A DNA stretch of 63,457 bases, filler included, from Saprolegnia diclina VS20 (lineage: Eukaryota), in NCBI RefSeq assembly GCF_000281045.1. It is 9 parts of 3 records of this genome, joined end to end, with 100 filler letters (N's around TTAATTAATTAA, not from the genome) between each part and the next. Parts side by side here need not be neighbours in the genome. Positions count along the whole stretch, not along the records: positions 37,724 to 56,947 come from NW_008246077.1; 8 more parts are not named here. The stretch is one strand, 5' to 3'. Numbering within the stretch: the stretch's first letter is position 1; each line of letters begins with the position of its first letter. The notes beneath the pieces are model-generated. The model did no database searches, had not been told where the DNA came from, and saw nothing but the letters and a program-made list of their open reading frames with translations. Below, piece after piece: positions 45,046-54,000 of the stretch. Position numbers and translations under genes: made by a program.

Positions 45046-45726
45046 TTACAGCTTGTACGGTTCCTTGACCTTATCGAGCATCGCGTCCAGCGTGTGCGTG
45101 TTGCCCGCCGCATTTTCCGCTAGGATCTGGTGCAGCTTGGGCTTCCACTCGCGCACGCGCGTGTTGATAAACCAGTTGTTGACTTGCTCGATCGTAATGC
45201 CGCCTTGGGCGCTCAGCACCTCCTTCTCCTCGTCCGTCGGGTACGGGTGGTGAAAATGCGCGTCAAACCACGTCCGGAGCACGCGCTTGGCGACCTTGGA
45301 GAGGTTGGTGCGCTTCTTGGCGGCCTTGTGCGTCGGTGGCGACGCCTCCAGCGCCTGGTCGAGGGCCGCCGTGTACCGGTCGCAGAGGTCGCGCGTCGTA
45401 CCCGACGGGGTTGCCAGCACCATCTTGAGCTCTTCGAGGCACTTGGTGGCGCGGGCATCTTTTGTGGACGAGGCACGAAGGAGGTCCGTCATATGTGGCG
45501 CAAAGAGCGGCGCCATGGCTGCCCACACCGGGTCGCCAGCGAGGTGCGTCAGCGTGGAAGCAATGTCGTCTGTGATGGACGTCGTCGGTCCGAGCAGCGT
45601 GTCCGCGGTCGCGTCCTCGTAGTCGCGGCTACCGTCCGACCCAAAGCTCAACGCGTCGGCCGCGGCCGTGAGCGGACTGTCCGGTGCGGACGGCGGCGCT
45701 GGCGGGCGGTGGTTGGGCAGCGTCAT
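45046..45726 (-). CDS. TALE homeodomain transcription factor, BELL-like homeodomain
   Basis: KRTNLSKVAKRVLRTWFDAHFHHPYPTDEEKEVLSAQGGITIEQVNNWFINTRVREWKP: PYP loop; helix 3 close to BELL consensus VSNWFINARVRLWKP. Confidence 0.9.
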   Translation of the reverse strand: MTLPNHRPPAPPSAPDSPLTAAADALSFGSDGSRDYEDATADTLLGPTTSITDDIASTLTHLAGDPVWAAMAPLFAPHMTDLLRASSTKDARATKCLEELKMVLATPSGTTRDLCDRYTAALDQALEASPPTHKAAKKRTNLSKVAKRVLRTWFDAHFHHPYPTDEEKEVLSAQGGITIEQVNNWFINTRVREWKPKLHQILAENAAGNTHTLDAMLDKVKEPYKL

Positions 45727-45827
45727 GCAAGTTGCTCACTGAAGACGTGGCAGCGTGCGCGTGATACAGCACGTTGGCAAATAAAAAGGCCGAGATACGA
45801 GCGTTGGAGAAAAGAGGCAGTTGAGCG

Positions 45828-46496
45828 ATGACGTTGCCCAACGTGAGTGCATACACGCCTCGTCCGAGTGCCAGCCGCGCCGCCGCCTCGCCACTCCCGG
45901 TCCTTGCGCCGTCACCCGCTGCCATCCTCGCGCTCGTGCGGGACCATCCGCTCTATGGGCTCCTCCAGCGGGTCTTTGTGTTGCTCGAGACTCCGCCCGA
46001 GGCAGCGACGGCGCAACCAAGCTTGCCCTCCAAGCGCGAGCTCGCCAAGCTCATTGCGCAGGCGCAGGCGCCAACCCATGCGATTGTGACACCGACACTC
46101 CTCGTGTTTTTGACGCTGCAGCTGCGGATGCTCCGATACTTTGAGGTGGTGTTGCAGGCGCGGGGGCGGCGGTTCTCGTCGTCGGCCGACTCGAGTCCCA
46201 CGCACAAGGCGAGCGACGACGACGACGCAACGATGCTTGAGGACGAGAAGAAGCTCAAGCGCGCGCGCCTCACGCGCCGCTCGAACGAGTTTATGACCGC
46301 GTGGTTCCTTGCGCACAAGGGCAACCCGTACCCGTCGGCGAAGGAGCGCAACGAGATTGCGAGTACGACGCAGCTCAGCGAACTCCAAGTGCGCAACTGG
46401 TTTGCCAACATGCGCAAGCGTCATTGGAAGCCGCAGAATTCGGACAAGAAGCCCCGCTGCCTCCTTGACCTTGTCCTGCGTCGGTCGAGTCCGTGA
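45828..46496 (+). CDS. TALE homeodomain transcription factor, KNOX/MEIS-like with MEINOX-like N-terminal domain
   Basis: HD AWFLAHKGNPYPSAKER...QVRNWFANMRKRHWKP (KNOX: NWFINQRKRHWKP); LVRDHPLYGLLQRVF resembles KNOX1/MEIS-A; TPTLLVFLTLQLRMLRYF resembles KNOX2/MEIS-B. Confidence 0.88.
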   Translation: MTLPNVSAYTPRPSASRAAASPLPVLAPSPAAILALVRDHPLYGLLQRVFVLLETPPEAATAQPSLPSKRELAKLIAQAQAPTHAIVTPTLLVFLTLQLRMLRYFEVVLQARGRRFSSSADSSPTHKASDDDDATMLEDEKKLKRARLTRRSNEFMTAWFLAHKGNPYPSAKERNEIASTTQLSELQVRNWFANMRKRHWKPQNSDKKPRCLLDLVLRRSSP

Positions 46497-46888
46497 TGCT
46501 TTGTGTTGGAGAGCGCATTGAGCAATAAACGACGGTTCCTGCAGTGCTTCTTCTAGCTTGCTCGTCATGATGCAAGGTCGTCGGATCTGGTTGCGTGGCA
46601 TGCCAGCCCAGGCCGCACTACGAGCAACGCATTCGCCTGCGCCACAATGGTACAGCGTGGTCGAGCCATATGGTGTGTCATCGGCCAGCTCGTGGAGGAA
46701 TACTTGGAGCGTATCACGGTGTTCAAGGTCGTATTCGCCGCCGTGCAGTGAACGTCGTTTACGCCCCAGAGTCACTGCTGCATGTTCGCATCGCCAGCAT
46801 CGTCAGGGTATGAGGGCGCGTAGACGTGTACAGACAGCAACCCAGATGTGGTCTTTGGGTCGAATTAAATCTAGGGCACCACACAAGT

Positions 46889-47167
46889 CTATTCGTCGTC
46901 CAACGACGGGCGTTCGCCAATCTCGTTCTTGATGTACTTGTACTTGGAGCTCGGGCGGAGGTTGGCAGCGGCCGCGATCGAGCCGTGCGCCGGCGCCTGC
47001 TTGATGCCGAGGGACTCTTCCTTGAACTCCGGCGTGAGGCCGGGCCACGCGCACCAGGCGACGATGGCGCCGAGGGGGGCGGCCCACGTGGCAAGCGGCG
47101 CGACGATGCGGCCCACGTGGCGGAGCTCGACCTGGAGGTTCGCGGGGTTGGCAAGAGCGCGGTTCAT
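46889..47167 (-). CDS. Small single-TM protein, possibly cytochrome bc1 subunit QCR10/UQCR11-like
   Basis: 92 aa; APLATWAAPLGAIVAWCAWP TM segment; genome-typical codon use. Family call tentative. Confidence 0.4.
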   Translation of the reverse strand: MNRALANPANLQVELRHVGRIVAPLATWAAPLGAIVAWCAWPGLTPEFKEESLGIKQAPAHGSIAAAANLRPSSKYKYIKNEIGERPSLDDE

Positions 47168-49294
47168 TTTCAGAGTCAAATCCGAGATTGACTGCTCGCC
47201 ACCACGAACGTCGCCCCGAAAGCTGCCTTCTGATTGGCTCTCGGCCCCAGCGCCGAAGGCAAACGATGGCGCTCTTGGCCTCTCCCGCAGCACGATTTTT
47301 ATTAGCTTGATGTTTGTATGCAATGCCCCTGTTTTTATGCACACGTGTTTTTGCACCGAGGCAATTAACCGGTTGCCGTCAACGGCAAGATGGAGGAGGT
47401 CTCGCGCCGGGCCCACGTCAGCTGCTGCAACAGCGACTACTGGATCGATACATACTCTGCATGAGGAAGCATATCTTGCAAAGCAAGAGCCGTGTAAAGG
47501 ACCAACCGCTGACGCTGCACGGCGGAAGCACCGAGGTGAACTTCAATCGCCCACGACACGATGAAGCTGCAGGCAAGCATGCACCGCCTCACGCTCAACG
47601 GGCTCGAGAAGGAGTCTCTCAGCGAAAAGCCGTGAGGAGGAGTAATTGGGACCGCCTCGTCTTTGCGGTATGAGCGCAGGCGTACTCGTGGCAGCTAAAA
47701 TGGACCCTGGCACACGGTGTGCAAGTGCGGTGAAAGAGCGTGCAACGCATTAGCTATGACCCGAAGAAGAGCCGCCATAGCCCACGAGCGACTGGCGGAA
47801 GGCGTACGCATGTCGAGTTAGCTTCGCTGCTAAAATAGTGGGTGTCAATGATGGTCGGCATGATGCCGGAACCTGGATGTCGTGGAGCGGAATCACGGAG
47901 TTTTGCGATTGTTGCAGAGATACTGTATGTCGCTGCGCGCAAAGTCGAAATGGCGATGAGGCGACGTCCGACCCTTGTAGCCACATCGTATGTAAAGCGC
48001 AATTGCCGCAGCATCAACATTGTGGCGCTTGAGCGTGCTAGGCATGTATCACGGGCTTCACTCTGCAAAGGGAGCCCTCGAACTGCTGCTATGGAGGAGC
48101 CGTTGAGTCGCGCTAAAACTTGGGAGATCCTCGTGTTCGGATTGGGCTTCCCTACACGAGATGGCCTTGTATCCCCAGTTTAACGACGTCCCTCGCGAGA
48201 GACTGGAAAGAACGACAAACAAGCTGCCGCATAGCAGCCAGGGTTGACCCTGGGGTTGACCCTTGAAGCGACGATTTCTTCAAACCCAAGGCATTTCGGG
48301 TAACTGGTCCAACTACGTCGCGAGCTCGGGAACAGCGAACAAATATAGTCTGTATGTACTGGCGATGCAAAGATGCTGGAAGTAAAGGAACTGGAGTCCT
48401 TGGGCACTTGAAGCGGCAAAATCATTGCGCACTGAGCTATCGAGTGTGGCATATACTTCAAGGGCGCCAAAAGTATAAGCCAGTCCCTCTGGACAAGCAT
48501 ACACGAGGGCATTTTGTTGTACTCATGAGGAAAGTATCACCCGAACGAGGAGCAGCAGGATTCAGTATGGTGCAGGGCGTGGAAAGGAGACACAAAGGGT
48601 GCTACTGCGTGCGCGCACGTGGCATGTGCGCTAAGAGATAGCTATCAGAACTGGGCAGCACAGATCATGACAGCTACGCTCAACCGTTGGCTCGGTCCAA
48701 ACGTGCTGTCGGATCAGGGTAACACGAACGCAAGTTGCATCCCGCTTGGAGATGGACTCGTATGGACGGCGGCGACCAGGACAAAGGAAACGAAATGCAA
48801 GGCACTATGCTGCAATCAACAACGCAAAAAGCTTGGGAAGGGACCCGGACGTTGAGCCCAAACGCGCTCTGTGCGGCTCCAGGGGCAGATACATCCTGCA
48901 ACTATGGTCCCGATAAGCTGTCCCGATACTCATGCAGCGCATGCGACGAAGTCATGTCTGTCCCATAAACATCGGTGCTGCCGTCAAAGCAAGCTTTAGG
49001 TCACAACGAGCAAGCAAACTGACATGTAATCCTACACGACCCACACGGATCACGTGGCTTACCGCTCGCCCTTTTAGGGCGTATCCTCGGGCGGCGTTGC
49101 TACCTCCTCCGCATTCACCCAGATAACTCGGCTAAAGTTGGGTCCGCTACAGTCTGTAGCCCGTTCGCTCCATGCATTTTCGATACAACAGGGTATGGCT
49201 GCGTGCACGGTCGTGCTTATCCCCAAGGCGACTGGGTGCTCGGTGGTTGCTTGCGCAACAGCGCGATCTTTTTGGCGGCATGTCTGCAGCGTTC

Positions 49295-49460
49295 CTGATT
49301 GGTGAGATCTTCCAACTTTGCGAATCCGCCAATCAGAACCATCGCAGGCGCAAGATCGGACTCGAGCCAATCAGCGGCTGCCAGCTTGTCAAGCGTCAAC
49401 CGCCTTTCTAAACCGCGAGCGAGCGAATCACACGCGATCACACCGACGCGCACCAATCGG
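49295..49460. promoter_or_regulatory. Cluster of four CCAAT boxes upstream of METE
   Basis: CTGATTGG (49295), CCAATCAG (49329, 49367), CCAATCGG (49453). Confidence 0.5.
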
Positions 49461-49620
49461 AAGCGCGCAATGCATGCGCTAGCACGCTTCGATTCGTGGA
49501 ACCGTGCCCCGATGGTCCCACGCTGTAGAAGATCGCGCGAGCTTCAACATGGCACCACTGGCGCTGCATAAAGAGTTCATTCTGCCTTTTGCTTTCTCCC
49601 AAGCAATCCCCTCCGCCATC

Positions 49621-51939
49621 ATGACGATCGCCGTTGACATCGATGCCGGTACCCTCGGCTTCCCTCGCATGGGCCCCAACCGCGAGCTCAAGTTTGCGCT
49701 TGAAAAGTACTGGCGCGGCGCCGTGACCGAGGACCAGATGCGCAAGGTCGCGTCGGACGTCGAGTCGGCCAACTGGCACGCGCAGGTCGAGCGCGGCATC
49801 CAGCGCATTGCCGTTGGCATGTTCTCGCTCTACGACCACGTCCTGGACTGGACCTTGTACCTCGGCTGCGAGCCGCAGCGCTTTGGCAAGCTCTCGCACG
49901 ACACGGACCGCTACTTTGCGATGGCCCGTGGCCTCGACGGCATCCCGGCGCTCGACATGACCAAGTGGTTCGACTCCAACTACCACTACGAAGTGCCCGA
50001 GCTCAACGTGCACACGACGCCCAAGGCCAACTTCGGCAAGTACCTCGAGACGATCAAGCGCGCCCAGGCCACGCTCGGCAAGGACACGGCCGTGCCGGTC
50101 ATCCTCGGCCCGCTCACGTACCTCGCGCTCGCCAAGTACGACGAAACGACGACGCTCGCGACGATCCTCCCCAAGATCCTCCCGCTCTACACACTTTTGA
50201 TCAACCAGCTCGCGGCGCTCGGCGTCCCGGAGGTCCAGATCCATGAGCCGTCGCTTGTCGGCGCCCATGCGTCGGCGCTCTTCCCGCACCTCGTCACGGT
50301 CTACGGCGACAGCACGCACACGGGCGCGCTCACGCACCCGAACGTCAAGATCCACCTCGCCACGTACTTTGAGGCGATCGACGAAGATGTCTACAAGTGG
50401 TTCACGACGTCCAAGATCGCAGCGCTCTCGCTCGACTTTACGCGTGGCGACAACCTCGCGATCCTCCAGAAGTTTGGCTTCCCGTCCGGCAAGCGCCTCG
50501 GCGCCGGCATCGTCGATGGCCGTGGTGTGTGGAAGATCGCCCCCAAGACGATCACGCCGATCCTCACCTCGATCGTCGAGGTCGTCTCGCGCAGCCCGAA
50601 CGCTGCGATCACGATCCAGCCGAGCTCGTCGCTCCAGCACGTGCCGTACACGACCAAGGCCGAAGTCGACTTCCAGGCCGGCTTGAACTCGCTCTACGGC
50701 GTGCTCAGCTTTGCGTACGAAAAGCTCGACGAAGTCAAGCTCATCGCCAACGTCGTCAAGAACGGCCAGCTCAACACGTCGTCGGCGTTCGAGGCCGCTA
50801 CCGCCGCGTGGGCCACGTACTACAAGGAGCACCCGGCCAAGGCCGCGGTCCAGTCGCGCGTCAACGGCGTCACCGAGGCTGACCTCAAGCGTCCGTCGGA
50901 CTTTGCGACGCGCCGCCCGCACCAGATGAAGTCGTGCCCGATCCTCCCGACGACGACGATCGGGTCGTTCCCGCAGACGGCGCAGATCCGCGGTCTCCGC
51001 CGCCAGCTCAAGCTCGGCAAGATCACGCAGACGGCGTACGAAGCTGAGATTGACGCGCAGATCGCGTACAACATTGGCGTCCAGGACGCGCTTGGCCTCG
51101 ACATCCTCGTGCACGGTGAGCCCGAGCGCACGGACATGGTCGAGTTCTTCGCCGAGAAGCTCAACGGCTTTGCCTTCTCGCAGAACGGCTGGGTGCAGTC
51201 GTACGGCTCGCGCTGCGTGCGCCCGCCGGTCATTTACGCCGACCTCGAGCGCCCGTACGACATGACGGTGCGCGAGTTCAAGGTTGCGCAGGGCTTCTCG
51301 GCCTTCAAGCCCGTCAAGGGTATGCTCACGGGCCCCGTCACGATCCTCAACTGGTCGTTCCCGCGCCTTGACATTACGCGCAAGGAGCAGGCGTACCAGC
51401 TCGCGCTCTGCCTCCGCGATGAAGTCGCCGCCCTCGAGAAGGCCGGCTGCTCCATCATCCAGGTCGACGAACCCGCGCTCCGTGAAGGCATGCCGCTCAA
51501 GCTCGCCAAGAAGGACGCGTACTTGCGCTGGGCCGTCGACGCCTTCCGCCTCGCGACTGCGGTCGCCGCCAACCCGACGTCGATCCACACGCACATGTGC
51601 TACTGCGAGTTCAACGACTGCATGCCGTCGATCGACGAGATTGACGCTGACGTCAACTCGATCGAGAACGCGCGCAGCGGTGACGAGACCATCCGCGCCT
51701 TCAAGTCGATTGGGTACAAGAAGGACCTTGGCCCGGGTGTCTACGACATCCACTCGCCTGTCGTGCCGCCCAAGGAGGAGATCGTCGCCAAGCTCGAGTC
51801 GTTCCTCAAGCTCCTTCCTGCCAAGCAGCTCGTCGTCAACCCCGACTGCGGCCTCAAGACGCGCCGCTGGCCCGAGACCATCGCCGCGCTCAAGAACATG
51901 GTCGAGGCCACGTACCAAGTGCGTGCCTCGCTCCAGTAA
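49621..51939 (+). CDS. metE: Cobalamin-independent methionine synthase
   Basis: LGFPRMGPNRELKFALEKYW, MTKWFDSNYHYEVPE, PTTTIGSFPQT, HGEPERTDMVEFF, HTHMCY (Zn), GPGVYDIHSP, VNPDCGLKTR; intronless. Confidence 0.98.
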   Translation: MTIAVDIDAGTLGFPRMGPNRELKFALEKYWRGAVTEDQMRKVASDVESANWHAQVERGIQRIAVGMFSLYDHVLDWTLYLGCEPQRFGKLSHDTDRYFAMARGLDGIPALDMTKWFDSNYHYEVPELNVHTTPKANFGKYLETIKRAQATLGKDTAVPVILGPLTYLALAKYDETTTLATILPKILPLYTLLINQLAALGVPEVQIHEPSLVGAHASALFPHLVTVYGDSTHTGALTHPNVKIHLATYFEAIDEDVYKWFTTSKIAALSLDFTRGDNLAILQKFGFPSGKRLGAGIVDGRGVWKIAPKTITPILTSIVEVVSRSPNAAITIQPSSSLQHVPYTTKAEVDFQAGLNSLYGVLSFAYEKLDEVKLIANVVKNGQLNTSSAFEAATAAWATYYKEHPAKAAVQSRVNGVTEADLKRPSDFATRRPHQMKSCPILPTTTIGSFPQTAQIRGLRRQLKLGKITQTAYEAEIDAQIAYNIGVQDALGLDILVHGEPERTDMVEFFAEKLNGFAFSQNGWVQSYGSRCVRPPVIYADLERPYDMTVREFKVAQGFSAFKPVKGMLTGPVTILNWSFPRLDITRKEQAYQLALCLRDEVAALEKAGCSIIQVDEPALREGMPLKLAKKDAYLRWAVDAFRLATAVAANPTSIHTHMCYCEFNDCMPSIDEIDADVNSIENARSGDETIRAFKSIGYKKDLGPGVYDIHSPVVPPKEEIVAKLESFLKLLPAKQLVVNPDCGLKTRRWPETIAALKNMVEATYQVRASLQ

Positions 51940-52413
51940 ACACCCTCGATAGCCAACACGATCACGCAAGTGAGACTGTGCTCGGACCCGTGTCGGTGCG
52001 AAAGCGTCCACACGGACAGTAGGCAACTGCGGTTCAACCAAGCGACTTTACCGTCCCTCGGTCGATCCGAGCACTTCGGCTATTTTGCGTGTTTTGTTGA
52101 AATATTAAATTCTAGTTTTGTTCATCTTTCCACCTTGTCTTGAGTCCGTAGCAATAGACAATCTCCATGCTCTACAACTAGAGCATTGCAAAGCGCATCG
52201 ATGCAATAGCATACACGAGGCCTTCGAACTGCTGGCAAATCACGCTGTTGTCTTCAACTAGGGTTGGGGTCCGAGTTGCTGAAGTTGTTGGTTGACCCCG
52301 AAAGCCACAATGGCCAGGCTTTGCTGCTTCCTTTCGTACTAAGCACCGAGACGCCGAGATGGTCGATGGCAATCAATTACTAATAAAACAAAACTTAAAT
52401 ATGACCCAAAAGC

Positions 52414-52783
52414 TTATTGGCAAAGGTCTGCGGCGTCGCTGGCGAGCGCGTCGATCGCGAGGTCGACCTTGTGCAGCGTGATGAGGTCGTGCGTCGTGAG
52501 GTCGGCTTCAAAGTGCCAGAGCATCTCCAGCGTCTTGCGCACGCAATCGAGGCTCGAGGCGACGTTGGCTGGACCCTCGGCGACGCGGCCCGAGAGCGTC
52601 TCGAGACCGTCGAGGAGCTCGATCAGAAAGTCTTTGTCCAAGCCTGCGTCCAGCGTCTTGGTGAGCAGCGCAAAGACGGGCTGCAGGAGCGCGTGCCAGT
52701 CGTTGACGATCGCGGCCGCGGCGACGCGAGCTTCGAGCGCCTCCAGCTTGAGCTCGAGCATCTCGATCGCGAGCGTCGAGTGC
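52414..52783 (-). CDS. Hypothetical helical protein, C-terminal fragment next to gap
   Basis: Open frame from gap to TAA at 52414 with high-GC3 codons. Confidence 0.45.
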
Positions 52784-54000
52784 NNNNNNNNNNNNNNNNN
52801 NNNNNNNNNNNNNNNNNNNNNNNNNNNNNNNNNNNNNNNNNNNNNNNNNNNNNNNNNNNNNNNNNNNNNNNNNNNNNNNNNNNNNNNNNNNNNNNNNNNN
52901 NNNNNNNNNNNNNNNNNNNNNNNNNNNNNNNNNNNNNNNNNNNNNNNNNNNNNNNNNNNNNNNNNNNNNNNNNNNNNNNNNNNNNNNNNNNNNNNNNNNN
53001 NNNNNNNNNNNNNNNNNNNNNNNNNNNNNNNNNNNNNNNNNNNNNNNNNNNNNNNNNNNNNNNNNNNNNNNNNNNNNNNNNNNNNNNNNNNNNNNNNNNN
53101 NNNNNNNNNNNNNNNNNNNNNNNNNNNNNNNNNNNNNNNNNNNNNNNNNNNNNNNNNNNNNNNNNNNNNNNNNNNNNNNNNNNNNNNNNNNNNNNNNNNN
53201 NNNNNNNNNNNNNNNNNNNNNNNNNNNNNNNNNNNNNNNNNNNNNNNNNNNNNNNNNNNNNNNNNNNNNNNNNNNNNNNNNNNNNNNNNNNNNNNNNNNN
53301 NNNNNNNNNNNNNNNNNNNNNNNNNNNNNNNNNNNNNNNNNNNNNNNNNNNNNNNNNNNNNNNNNNNNNNNNNNNNNNNNNNNNNNNNNNNNNNNNNNNN
53401 NNNNNNNNNNNNNNNNNNNNNNNNNNNNNNNNNNNNNNNNNNNNNNNNNNNNNNNNNNNNNNNNNNNNNNNNNNNNNNNNNNNNNNNNNNNNNNNNNNNN
53501 NNNNNNNNNNNNNNNNNNNNNNNNNNNNNNNNNNNNNNNNNNNNNNNNNNNNNNNNNNNNNNNNNNNNNNNNNNNNNNNNNNNNNNNNNNNNNNNNNNNN
53601 NNNNNNNNNNNNNNNNNNNNNNNNNNNNNNNNNNNNNNNNNNNNNNNNNNNNNNNNNNNNNNNNNNNNNNNNNNCAACCTATATTACTGCAGTGCGCTTG
53701 GAGCTCACGCCACCGGTGCAGCCATCTTGGCGCACTAAAGCTGCCAAGGCGGCACTGGCCCGCACACGCCTTTTCGTCTCGGGTCTCGCTTTTCCCAACG
53801 CAAAAGCGAGGTGATGTCTAAATGAAGGCGCTCATATTTCGATCACGATTGAAATGCAAGCACCTCGCTGGAACTCCTCCACTGCAATGCGCTTGGAGCT
53901 TACACCACCGGTGTGGCCATGGCGGCAATGCACACAAATCTTGTCTCTTGCACAAAGAATCCACTGCAGGAAGGACAACACACATCTTCTTTCTTCTGGT

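Noticed and set aside
47838..48032. CRC...PCSH as a SWIM finger of a MULE transposase
   Set aside because: Short motif in a small ORF with no supporting transposase sequence; could be chance.
48240..48263. GGGTTGACCCT duplicated
   Set aside because: Only two copies and no supporting context.
49438..52041. 867-aa antisense ORF over METE, and similar shadow ORFs over BUB1, DHDPS and the VLIG gene
   Set aside because: Expected by-product of strong GC3 codon bias; no recognisable domains.
52417..53821. Long ORFs of 389-465 aa
   Set aside because: Mostly X residues spanning an N gap.
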